Source of the DNA: an uncultured Phycisphaerales bacterium
GTDB taxonomy: Bacteria > Planctomycetota > Phycisphaerae > Tepidisphaerales > Tepidisphaeraceae
DNA length: 64,000 nt
Assembly (NCBI GenBank): GCA_963755915.1
Contig: CAVWLP010000002.1
Span: 3,392,001 to 3,456,000 of the forward strand
Direction of reading: 5' to 3'
Positions 53,691 to 64,000 of this stretch are shown in pieces. The translations under genes and the position numbers were made by a program. How positions within the stretch are numbered: position 1 is the first letter of the stretch; each line of letters starts with the position of its first letter. Under the pieces are notes generated by a model that was not told where the DNA came from, did not search any database, and saw nothing but the letters and a program-made list of their open reading frames with translations.

Positions 53691-54443
53691 CTATCGGGCC
53701 GCGCGGCTTTGACGATGGCGGCGGAGGAGACCCAGCGCCGCAAAGCTGACGATGCCCAGGGAGGCGGGTTCCGGCACCTGGCTGAGGGTGAAGTTGTCGA
53801 AGAGGATGTCCGCGGGAGCGCCGCCGCCGTTGTTGGTCTGGAACTCGAGCTGGATATAGCCGGGGCTCGGGCTGAGAGCGGCTTTGAACCCGTCGTAGTT
53901 GATGCTCACCTGATTGATCTGGCCTGAAAAGCCCGGATTCTGGTTTACGGTTCCTGTGACCGTCGCGAGAGCGACGTCCGTGGCCCCGCTGGAGCCGCCG
54001 ACGGCGTGGTATCCCGCGCCGGCGCCGTTCAGGATGATGTTGTAGAGCTGAGAGTAACCAGTGTTCGAGCTGGAAACAGGGACGATCCAGTCGAAGGTGA
54101 GGACGTCGTTGGCCAGGAAGGCGGCTGAAGTTCCGCTCTGGACAAAGTCATAGCCAAGGTCCGCGCCGCTGCTGAGTCCTCCGTTGAATCCGCTGGCGGT
54201 GAGGTCGAGGACATTCGTGGGATCGGTTGCCGGGCCGGTGTCGATGACGGCGGAAGTGGGCGCCGAGAACACACCCGGCGTAACGCCGCTGTTGGTTCCG
54301 GTGCCAAACCCGTCAAAGGTGTTGTCCTCAAAATTGGCAAAGGTGGTTTGGGCGCCGGCGTTTGAGCACCAGCAAATCGAACCCAAAGCCACTGCACCAG
54401 CGAGCAGCGCTGCACAGCGCTTTGAACGTGAACCATTTTGCAT
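53691..54443 (-). CDS. Small PEP-CTERM protein with a CBM-like (jelly-roll) domain
   Basis: Signal peptide; FANFED...ILFDNFTL; VPEPASLG-TM-RRHR; GGAGG RBS. Confidence 0.85.
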   Translation of the reverse strand: MQNGSRSKRCAALLAGAVALGSICWCSNAGAQTTFANFEDNTFDGFGTGTNSGVTPGVFSAPTSAVIDTGPATDPTNVLDLTASGFNGGLSSGADLGYDFVQSGTSAAFLANDVLTFDWIVPVSSSNTGYSQLYNIILNGAGAGYHAVGGSSGATDVALATVTGTVNQNPGFSGQINQVSINYDGFKAALSPSPGYIQLEFQTNNGGGAPADILFDNFTLSQVPEPASLGIVSFAALGLLRRHRQSRAAR

Positions 54444-54514
54444 AAGGCCCTCCGAAGTGTATTGGATCTCCGCGTGACGCTTTTTAAGAGTCCGTTGTCG
54501 CAATCACCTGTATT

Positions 54515-54532
54515 AAGGTAATCGCTTACCTA
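54515..54532. promoter_or_regulatory. LacI-type operator O2
   Basis: AAGGTAATCGCTTACCTA, downstream of a minus-strand TTGCTT-N16-TATATT promoter. Confidence 0.8.
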
Positions 54533-54605
54533 AGCCAATATATCGCAGTTCTCTCCGCAAGCAAGAGAAAAATCGATGGTTAAAATGACCTTATTTTTGG
54601 CGATT

Positions 54606-54623
54606 TAGTTAAACGATTACCTA
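54606..54623. promoter_or_regulatory. LacI-type auxiliary operator O3
   Basis: TAGTTAAACGATTACCTA, 91 bp from O2. Confidence 0.7.
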
Positions 54624-54688
54624 GAGCGGGGTTGCGTGCTGGCGCGGATGGGGCGGCGGCGATATTTCCGGCAAATTTTGGCGACGAT

Positions 54689-55937
54689 TCAGCTGCCGGA
54701 CGGCGCGGTGGTCGACGAGCGTGGGCTGGGGGGAATGTTTACTTGCGAAACCGGATCGGGGTGCCCCGGATCAAACGGCTTCCAGTCGTCCACGACAAAT
54801 TTTGCCAGGTCTAGCTTGTCGTCCTCAATCCCCTGAACGATACACCTGGCAACCTCGTAACTTCCGTACACGTTGTGATGCGTCTGATCCACAAAGGCCA
54901 TTGCGAGCCCCTTGGCCCCGATGGCTTCATAAAGCGTTTTGCTCATGGCGTTCAGGTCGATCAGCGGCACGTTTTCCTCTTTCGCCAGCTTGCGGACGGC
55001 GTCGGGATAATCCTTCAGCGAATTGGTGACGTGCCCCGATGAGTCCATCATCCGCCGATTCACAGAAGTCACCAGCACGACAGTTGCCCCTTTTGCCCGT
55101 GCCCCATCCACGTATTGCTTCAGCGCCGCGGTGTACGAGGTATACGGCCCGATTCCGGCGCCTTTCTCCTTCATGTCGTTGTGCCCGAATTGGACGAAGA
55201 GATAGTCGCCCGGCTTCATAGTGCTGAGAACCTTGTCGAGCCGATGCGCGAATCGATCCATCTGCGGTTTCGCCAGATTCCGCCTGGTTGGAAACTGCCA
55301 CGCCCGACTTCAAAAACCGGGTCAGCATCTGCCCCCAACTGTTCCAGGGCTCTTCCGGCTGGTCGCAGACGGTCGAATCGCCCAGGAGATAAACCGTGGG
55401 AACATCAGCCGGTGAAATCTCCAGCGTATCGACGCAGGGCCGCGCACCGTTGAATTCCAGCGTCAGCCGGTCGTCCCACGCCCAGGCCTCGGTGGTTTTC
55501 TCGCGCGGCTTGAGGATCACGTGCTCGTTGTCGGAAATCTTCGGCGTGCGGATATTCACCGTAAAATTCCGCGAAACGATTTGGCCCGAATCCGTATGCA
55601 CGTTCTCGAGCATGAGCCGCCGCAGTTCCGCCTTTACCGTCGTGGTCGATTCGCCGGCGGGATCTCCAAGCTCCACCGTTACACTGTAATTCCCTTCGGG
55701 AAGCGCGATCGAAAAATAGAACGGATTAGCGCTGGTCACGAACCCATTTCCGCTCTGCAATTCCGCCCCAGTTTCCCAGCCAAATCCCTTGCTCGAATCG
55801 TAAGAATCAGCCGGAGCCACCGAGACGAATCCGCTGCGCGTGGCCCAACCGAAACTAAATTTAAGGTCGGTGTTTGCGTGCGCGATTCCCGCTAATGCGA
55901 GCAGGGCAGATGCCGCAATCACGCCGAGTTTCCGCAT
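54689..55937 (-). CDS. Rhamnogalacturonan acetylesterase (CE12, SGNH), frameshift ~55250
   Basis: YLLGDSTVCDQ, SWGQML, N.AESG; QFGHND, DQTHHN.YG. Confidence 0.88.
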
Positions 55938-55946
55938 CAAGCACCC

Positions 55947-58654
55947 CTATTTCGGCGCATTAACCGGCGCCTGATCCGGCACCAGTTGCAGCAACTCGAT
56001 CGCATTCAAACACCACTGCGACGTGCCATTGGTTGAAACCATCCTGATCTCATCAATCGGCTCGGCCACGATTGCTCCGGAGACTTGATGAGAATCAAAC
56101 CGAATCGCCGTGCCCGGCGGGATGGTGCGGAAAAGTTCAGCCCAGGCGGCTTCTGCCAACTTCGGGTCCTTCTTCGCATAGGCCGCATAGGCGGTCAGGC
56201 GGGCGTGGTCCGATTCCTGGGCCCTGTCGCGGGCGCAGTAGGCCACCCAGGCCGACGTCCAATCCGGATCGTCGATGACGGGAATTATTTCCGTGTTCAG
56301 CTCCGGCCCGCCAAAGAGCGAGAGGAGGGACGGCGTCCTGCCGTCATGGGTCAACTGTTTTAATTTATGCGTCGCCGGGTCATATCCATAATTTTCCCCG
56401 GACATAATTTTGCCGGGCATTGCCGTGATGCTGGTCATGCCGGCCAGAATCCGCTGCCTATATTGATCGTCTCCGGTGCGTTCCCAGGCGGCGTACCAGT
56501 TGCTCACCATCGCCAGCCAATCCGGGCCGATGCGCAGATGCGTTGGATTCTTCTTATCCTCCGCTATGCCCGGCAACTCGCGAACCGGATCGACGACCAG
56601 CAGCGATTTGTCGGCGTCAATCTCGTCGGTCATCAAATCGCCGGTGCGCTCGTCCGTGCTCAGGTAATAGTAAAACCGCTTAAAGAGGGACTGGCTGATG
56701 CGCAGCTCTTTGGCGCCGTCGCCCCAGTGGCGCACGTTGTGACGCGAGCCAAGCCCTTTCCAGGGGCCGATGTGATAGACATCCGCTTCTTGGCTTTGGC
56801 GGGTGAGGGCTTCGGCCATGCGATAAATATCGGCCCGGCCAGTGCGCAGAAAGCTATACCAGAGCCAGACGTTCGGCGCAAGCTCGGTGTCGTCCCAGGC
56901 GAAACCGCCGACGTCGTATTTCCACTCGTGGCGCGGCGTGTCATAGGTGTGCATCACATCGCCGAAATCCCAGAAGCCATACCAGCGACGCTCCTCGATC
57001 TGGTTTTCGTAAAATGCGATTGCCTTGTCGAGCTGGTCTTCGAGCCAGCTCTTCATCGGCGTCGAACGATCGGGCAGGCTCCACAATCCAAATACGCTGA
57101 GCCAGTGATAATACTCCGGCGAGCAGACCAGGATCGGCGCCGCCTGATCCATTTGCGCCTGCCGGAGCAATTCGGGGTCGCGCGGGACGTTTGAATAGGG
57201 GCGGATCGTCAATTCGCTCGTGCGGGCCACGCCATAGGCGCTGCTGAATCCCGGCTGCACGTCTTCGTACGACGATTCGAGGCTATGGGCGATCACATCG
57301 TAATGGCGCATGTCCATCGCCTGGGCGTCGGGCGACCAGAGCCACATTGTCAGCTCGGCGGCGTCTTTGCTGGTGCCTTTGATTTCCATCTCTGTCGGAT
57401 AGAGCTTCCAGAAATTCTTGAGACTGATCGAGAGGCCGCCGGAAACGTCGCCGACGAAAATTTCACCCAGCGAGCGTTTTCCGCCCAAGACGTTGATCCA
57501 CGCGCTCTTGGGATTCGTGCGCTTCTGAATCTGAAATCCATCGGGCGAAAGCTGCGTAAGCTTGTAAGAATCCCAGACCGCCATCTCGCTGATGAGCGTC
57601 TTAAAATCCGCTGGCTTCGCCGGGGGCGCGCCGCCTGCGCCGACCGGCCCTTTGGGCATATCGGCCAGGTTCGGAATTCTCAGCCCCTCGATCTGCCGTT
57701 CATACATTTCAGGATGCGGGTTCCGCCGGCCGGAAATCAGATGGATGGGCTCGCTCAAGAATCCCTGGTCGCCGGCGATGCGCACGTGGCGGTTTTGCAA
57801 TTCCTCCCGCATCGACACGTCAAATCTGACCCCCAGCGCTCGAATGAAATCTTTTTCCTGGTCTCCGTCGAAAATGAACGTGTGCACCATCCGCACGCTG
57901 TCGACCCCGGCATAGAAATAGAACCGCACAACAAACGGCAGCCACTCGCGTCCGCCCGAATCGAACTGGTGCTTGCCTTGAATCTTCACAACGATTCGCA
58001 CGGGGCCGGATTGTTCGACATCTGCGGATGTGACCTCGCTGGCAAACTGCCTGACCCGCAGAATGTGATCCGTGTCCCAATCGGTTCGGTCTTCGATTTC
58101 GCCAACCAGTCTTCCGTTGCGGGCAACTTCCGTCCCGCCGATCGAAATCGATTGCACGAGCGCGGTTCCGGTTCGCCCGATCCTCCACATCGACTTGCCG
58201 TTACGAATCGCGATTGCGTCATCCGTTTCCGCGAGCGAGAGGGGGGTTTGGAATTGCGGGGCCAGGCCTGCGGGCATCAATTTCAAATCTGCTGCGGATT
58301 GCGAACCGATCACCGCGGCCACGCCGGTCCACTTGATCGACCCATCCGGCCAATATGCCAGCGGCCAGGTCTGGATTGGCACGTTGTTCCCATTCGAATC
58401 GGCCAGCGCAAACGTCGTTGTCCGCTGAATCGTTCCCTGCGGCCACGGCACTCCCCAGCTTACGCCGCGATCCATCGTCGGCGGCGCACCGTCCAGCCAA
58501 TGAAGATCAACCCCTTTCCAGACATCAAAACTCATCGGCGCGGGTGGTGGCGGTGGGGGGGCGAGCGGCGCGGCGCCGGGGCCGCATTCTTTGCCGCATG
58601 GCTCGCGCACCCGACGACGCAGAGCAGTAAACTCAACCCGATCCAACTTCGCAT
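55947..58654 (-). CDS. Exo-rhamnogalacturonan lyase (PL26 / YetA-like) lipoprotein, frameshift ~58565
   Basis: MRSWIGLSLLLCVVGC lipobox in ORF 58532; GVPWP.G, WPLAYWPDGSIKW, WYGFWDFGD.MH, GSRHNVRHWG, STN..SQW. Confidence 0.85.
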
Positions 58655-58656
58655 GA

Positions 58657-60761
58657 CTAGGCTCCGATCTGCAAAATCCCCCAAAGCACGACCAGGATCG
58701 CCCCGACGATCAGCCAGCACCCGAAAAATCCCAGCACGTCCTGTTTTTTCCAGCGGGTAAACTGCCAGTTCGAGCGCGGGAAAATCTTCTTATAGTCAAA
58801 CCGATCCGGCTTGTGATAACTGAGTTCCACTTCCTCCTTATCATGCTGCGGCGTCGGGGCCACGGGCGTGCGCATCTTCGCGAAAAATCGGTCGGCCCGG
58901 GCCAGTTCGTCCGGCTTGGTCAGGAGGCTGAAAATGATCAGCGAAACAAATGGGAACAGACCGTCGTAACCCCATCTGACCGCGATCATCTGGCTGGGCG
59001 TAAATTTCTCGACCGGCACGCCAAGCAGCGATAGCGAATAATTTTCGACGCTGAACCGGCCTAATCCCTCCTGTGGCGAATTTGGATCCTCCGGGTTTTC
59101 CCGCGTTACTGTTTCGAAAAAGACAGCGGTGGGGGGGATGGTTGTCTGGCGCTTGATCGCCTGGCCGACGCGCTGGGCGCGGCCGGCGGCCACATCGTCG
59201 CTCGTGGCTCCGCCGGTCGTCTCCGCCAACTGCGGCGCGGTTTGCTTTAGGAGCACGGGAATCGTCCGAAAGCCAGGCATCAGCGGTAGCGCCCGCGGAA
59301 CGATTCCCATCGCGATAATCCAAAGCGCCACGCTGATGATGATCGACTTCGACGTAAGCCTGCGCCAAAACAGGATCAGGAAAACCGCCGCCCCGAAGAA
59401 CGTGTTGAACGTCACCAGATCGGTGTATGCCGACGCCACGTCCGACATGCATTCCGCAAACAGCACCGCGAATATCAGCACGCCTGCGATCGCGAACTGG
59501 CCGACTCGCAAATAATGTTTTTCCGTTTTTCCCTTGGCCAGCGGCTCATAAATGTTCCGCGTCGCCAGGCCTGCGACCGAGACCGAATAGACGCCCATCG
59601 ACGGCATATTCCCCAGCAGCATGCCGGACAACATAAGCCCCATCAGCCCCGGGCCCAGCAGTTGCGCGCAAGCGCGCCCCACGTATTGTCCGGATCTGAG
59701 AGCCTCAGGCTGCCGCTCAGGACGGCCAGGCCGATCATTCCGCAGAGCGTCCAGGCGATCAGCACGAGGCGCTTGGTGAATCCGCCGGAAATCATCCCGA
59801 ACCGTGCGGTATTTTCATCCTTCGCTGAACCCGCGGTTGACATGTTGTGCAGCAAGCCGACGATCTGCACGAGGCTCGCGAAGGTGATCGCCAGGATCGC
59901 GTACCACGGGGTCGATGCCGTGGCGCTGAACAGGTATTCGGGAACAATCCGGTGCATTCCGCTGAATCCGCCGATGCGGTTCAGGCCCACCGGGATCAGC
60001 AGGATCGACATGATCAGGATCAGCAGTCCCTGCACGGCGTCGGTAATCGCCGCCGCTTTCAGTCCGCCCAGGGCAATATAAACTCCCACGACTGAAGAGT
60101 AGCAAATGAAAAACGGCGTGGGTGAGATAAAGGAAATAAACGCGTTCAGCTTCCGCTGCTTGATCAGGCCGTCCAATTCCTTGAAGCGTTCGGTGTCGAG
60201 GATTTTGGTATTCCCGGCGTTGATCTCACTCTTAAAGCGCTGATACTCCTGGTAGCTCGCCATCTGCGCTCGGTCATCGGCCGTATAGGCCGACTCCGGC
60301 TTCACAATCATCGCGCTGGCCACCTTGAACGCGAAGAAATTCCCCATCCCCATCACAAAAAGCGCCATGAAAATATTAAACCCCGCATAAGCAACCGCCA
60401 GTCCCTTGCTGTCGAAGCGGTCGACAAACAGGTCCCCCATGGTGACGAGCCTTGCCCTTCGCCACCACGGCTGGGTGAACCAGAAGAACGGGGTGATGAA
60501 GAGCGTTTGAAAACCGGATGCCCAGATGCCCCCCGCCCCCATCCGGTAGACATTGGTGGAAATCGTCACCGCCCCCGTGGCGTCGGTGGAGTTGCCGAAA
60601 TTCAGGAAAAACTGAAGCAGCCTCCCCAGCTTGCGGCCGCCGAGATAAAAATCTGATTCCTTCTTAACGCTGCGGGAAACGAAGAACCCCACCGCCAGGA
60701 TCGACACCAGGAACGCCAGCAGGATCGCCAGGTCCCACACGTCCAGACCGAACACCATCAT
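58657..60761 (-). CDS. Sodium:solute symporter (SSS) family protein, frameshift ~59680
   Basis: DFYLGGRKLG, GGLKAAAITDAVQG, multiple TM helices. Confidence 0.88.
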
Positions 60762-60809
60762 GGCGATCACGCTTGATTCCCTCAATTTCCACACGATAAT
60801 CTGCCGCTA

Positions 60810-62732
60810 ATGGGAATTACCACAACACACCGTGCAATTCAAATCCGCCTTGTATTTTCTATAGCAATTCTCTTATTCGCCCCCGCGGTTCGCGCTGACA
60901 TACCGTTGCCAAACGACGGTAAATCCCACAAATTTTCGGCCGCAGACAAACAGTTCTCGATCGACGGCCAGCCGATCGAAATCATCGCCGGCGAGATGCA
61001 TCCCTCCCGGATCCCTTACCAGTTTTGGGAAGATCGGATTAAAAAGGCGCGGGCGATGGGCCTTAACACCGTCAGCGTCTACATCTTCTGGAATCAGCTC
61101 GAACCGGCCGAAGGCAAATTCGATTTCACCGGAAACAACGACATTCGACGATTCGTGAAACTTTGCCAGGAGAATGGCCTTTGGGTCGCTCTTCGCCCCG
61201 GTCCATACGTCTGCGCCGAGACCGAGTTCGGCGGATACCCCGCCTGGCTTCTCAAGCATCACGACATGAAGGTTCGCTCCGACGATCCCCAGTTCATGCA
61301 ATATTGCCGATCCTATATGCTTGCCCTGCACGACCAGGTCGGCGATCTGCTCGTCACGCATGGCGGCCCCATTCTCATGGTCCAGATCGAAAACGAATAC
61401 GGCGCGATCGATAAATATCTCGACGACCTGCGCAAAATGTTCATCGACGTCGGCTTCGATTGCCAGCTATACACCTGCGATCACAGCGGAACTGTCTGGA
61501 ACAAGCTCGACGGAATGCCGGGCGTCCTCCGCGCCACCAACGGACTTCCCAACGCCAACAAGCTCACGCTTGCCGAAGCCGTCTCGGGCAATTTCCCGGT
61601 CTACGGCTCAGAGGTCTACACCTCCTGGTACTCCGTCTGGGCCGACCGTGTCGGCGGGCCGCGGGCAAAGGTAAAATCTCCCGCCGCCCAGATCACTGAC
61701 ACCAAATGGCTCGTCGATCGCCATCTCTCCTTCTGCTACTACCTTTTCGACGGCGGCACCAACTTCGGATTTTCCAACGGCGCCAACGGCTGGCGACCCG
61801 TGCAAACCACCTACGACTACGATGCCCCCATCGACGAACTTGGCCGGGTTACGCCAAAGTATAAGGCGCTTCGCGACTACTTCTCGCAAGCGCTGAAGAT
61901 CGATCCGCCGCCCATTCCGCCAGATCCGAAGGTCATCGAAATCCCGCCGTTTCAGGTCGCCACGGCTTCGCCGCTGCTCACATCCATCATGACGACGCCC
62001 CTGACTGCTGCGGTTTCCCCCGATCCTCCGCCGATCCATTCCGACAACGTGATGACGATGGAAGACCTCGATCAACCCTACGGATTCGTGCTTTACCGCA
62101 AGGTCTTCCCCACCGGCATCAAGGGGACACTCGATCTCCGCAAGGCTCTCGACTATTCAATCGTCATGATCGACGGCAACGTCGTGGGCCAGACCTTCCA
62201 GGGCTACGGGCCGGATAGTTTCCAGATGAATCTCAATCACCCCGGCCTCTGCACGCTGGACATTCTCGTTTACAACCTCGGCCGCAACAGCGTCGGCATC
62301 AACCAGTCCATCAGCCGCAAGGGGCTCAACGAAAATCCGACGCTCGATGGCCAGGAACTGACCGGCTGGGAAATCCATTCGCTGCCGATGACTGATCCCC
62401 CAATCCCCGCCGCCCCAGAAACAAATCTCGCCCCGTTGGCTCCCGCCATCTTTACCGGCACGTTCAATCTCACGGAAACCGGCGAAACCTATCTCGACAT
62501 GCGCAATTGGAATTTCGGCGTTGTCTGGGTCAACGGCCACAACCTCGGGCGCTACTGGGACGTTGGCGCGGACCGTGGATTGTATTTGCCGAGCGTGTGG
62601 CAAAACGTGGGGGCCAATCAGATCACAATCCTCGAACTCGCCGGCCCTCCGAAGAGCACGGAAATCCAGGGCGTGACCAAGCTGGTGAACCTGCCTTACA
62701 AAACCTTTACACCCTACCCGCACAACAACTGA
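60810..62732 (+). CDS. Beta-galactosidase (GH35)
   Basis: GEMH..R, GLNTV..YIFWN..EP, RPGPYVCAE..FGG.P.WL, QIENEYG, GGTNFG, YDYDAP, NGHNLGRYW. Confidence 0.95.
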   Translation: MGITTTHRAIQIRLVFSIAILLFAPAVRADIPLPNDGKSHKFSAADKQFSIDGQPIEIIAGEMHPSRIPYQFWEDRIKKARAMGLNTVSVYIFWNQLEPAEGKFDFTGNNDIRRFVKLCQENGLWVALRPGPYVCAETEFGGYPAWLLKHHDMKVRSDDPQFMQYCRSYMLALHDQVGDLLVTHGGPILMVQIENEYGAIDKYLDDLRKMFIDVGFDCQLYTCDHSGTVWNKLDGMPGVLRATNGLPNANKLTLAEAVSGNFPVYGSEVYTSWYSVWADRVGGPRAKVKSPAAQITDTKWLVDRHLSFCYYLFDGGTNFGFSNGANGWRPVQTTYDYDAPIDELGRVTPKYKALRDYFSQALKIDPPPIPPDPKVIEIPPFQVATASPLLTSIMTTPLTAAVSPDPPPIHSDNVMTMEDLDQPYGFVLYRKVFPTGIKGTLDLRKALDYSIVMIDGNVVGQTFQGYGPDSFQMNLNHPGLCTLDILVYNLGRNSVGINQSISRKGLNENPTLDGQELTGWEIHSLPMTDPPIPAAPETNLAPLAPAIFTGTFNLTETGETYLDMRNWNFGVVWVNGHNLGRYWDVGADRGLYLPSVWQNVGANQITILELAGPPKSTEIQGVTKLVNLPYKTFTPYPHNN

Positions 62733-62760
62733 GATTTTTCTTTAAGTTGCTTTTTTGTGA

Positions 62761-62788
62761 TTGCGGTTACCTGCCGTCGGTTTATAAT
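62761..62788 (+). promoter_or_regulatory. sigma70 promoter overlapping a LacI half-operator
   Basis: TTGCGG-N16-TATAAT; CGGTTACCT matches the right half of O1-O3. Confidence 0.5.
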
Positions 62789-62964
62789 TTCCATTTCTGC
62801 CGGTCGAAAATAGTGGAAGCCGCGGGTTCGCGGATTTCGCAAAAACACAGGGGTGGAACCGTGTTTCTCACGACAACAGCGCATCACTCAATCGACCTCC
62901 GTTACGGCTGGTCGACGATCCCCCGTTTCGATTAGTTCCGCTTCATCCCGGAGGAAGACAAATC

Positions 62965-64000
62965 ATGCGTGCTCACGCTGGTTCGAGCGGTTTGCCAAAC
63001 CCTTCCCGTCGCCGCGCTTCCCTCGCTGCATTGGCCGCCTCTGCTGCCTGCGCCATTGGGCCCTCGCCGCGACCGACAGTTGGACCCTTGCCGGCTCGGG
63101 AAACTGGAACGCCGCCGGCAACTGGAGCGCCGGTGTTCCCGTCGCAAGCGACACCGTTGACATCACTGACGACGATGCCATCGCCCGCATCGTCACCTAC
63201 AACTACTCCGGCGCTGCCATCACGCTCGCCAGCCTCACCGTCGACAACGCCGGAGCTGCCACCAATACCCTCACCATGTCCGCCAACGACGTTTTAAATG
63301 CCGGCAACGAATACTTTGGTGATTCCGGAACCGACTCCCTGTTCGGCTTCGGCTACATGATCCAGTCCGATGGCACAAATTCGATCTCCCTCGGCGGGAG
63401 CCTTGTACTCGGCAACGGCACGAATGATCTTGGCGAATACATTCTTAGCGGTACCGGAATCCTGTCTACTGGAGCCAGTACCAACAGCGGGGGTGAAACC
63501 ATAGGCTACAACGGTTCCGGCACTTTCGTCCAAACTGGCGGCCAGAATAACGTCGTCACCACAAGCATCGACGCATCGGGTCTTATTGACGTCGGCGCCG
63601 GCAACAATGGCCTTTACACCCTCAGCGGCGGCACCGTCTCCTGCAATGGGGATCTCGTCGTGGGTTTTGCCGGCAGCGGCACCTTCGCCCAAAGCGGTGG
63701 CACTGTCAGCTTCTCCGGATCTGCCCCTGAATTGATTTTCGGCTTCGATACCGGGGGCAGCGGCTATTACTCGCTCAGCGCCGGTACCATTACCGGCTCG
63801 CAAACCGAAAATATCGGCTCGGCCGGCAACGGTACGTTCGTTCAAACCGGCGGCACGCACAGCGCAGGCGCGCTCAATTTAGGCGATAGCCAGGGTATTA
63901 CCGGCTATTACACCCTCAGCGCGGGTTCACTCAGCGCCGGTGGCGAAACAATCGGCCAAACTGGACCCGGCTCGTTTATCCAAACCGGCGGAACCAACAG
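62965..64000 (+). CDS. Secreted beta-helix/autotransporter-like repeat protein (probably PEP-CTERM type), frameshift ~63058, runs off the window
   Basis: GGAGG RBS; signal peptide; SGNWNAAGNWSAGVP; repeats of G..G.GTF.QTGG and G.YTLS.G. Confidence 0.75.

Noticed and set aside
1-64000. About 18 frameshifted genes suggesting mass pseudogenisation or programmed frameshifting
   Set aside because: The breaks are single-base indels, often in homopolymers or GC runs, spread over unrelated genes with intact motifs on both sides and no in-frame stops. This pattern is typical of uncorrected long-read error.

Overview
GC-rich bacterial chromosomal segment, most likely Planctomycetota (Phycisphaerae/Tepidisphaerales-like). 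The lineage call is inferred from a Minf_1886-family gene, a DUF1559-type prepilin, an ECF sigma factor with a membrane-anchored extension, and PEP-CTERM proteins with dockerin-like ends. About 50 genes are supported. Roughly a third are split by 1-bp frameshifts, often at homopolymers, which looks like long-read assembly error rather than gene decay. Main content: (i) a truncated SMEK-domain, defence-like gene; (ii) a sulfonate-type ABC importer behind an Rrf2-like palindrome; (iii) a compact DH-ACP-DH*-KS*-KS type II FAS/PKS cassette with one catalytically degenerate partner in each enzyme pair; (iv) a dispersed pectin/rhamnogalacturonan-I utilisation region (GH51, GH65-like, PL4, PL26, CE12, GH35, two sugar ABC systems, SSS symporter); (v) a probable orphan toxin-tip/immunity pair; (vi) a LacI-controlled surface module (CBM-like PEP-CTERM, DUF1559 pilin, CBM/dockerin PEP-CTERM, two LacI paralogs) with three visible 18-bp operators, two of them 91 bp apart. 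Item (vi) is the best candidate for an undescribed system, a SusC/SusD-free glycan capture apparatus. Several REP-like palindromes recur, one inside a CDS. No rRNA, tRNA, CRISPR array or transposase was seen. All family assignments come from motif recognition, not database searches.
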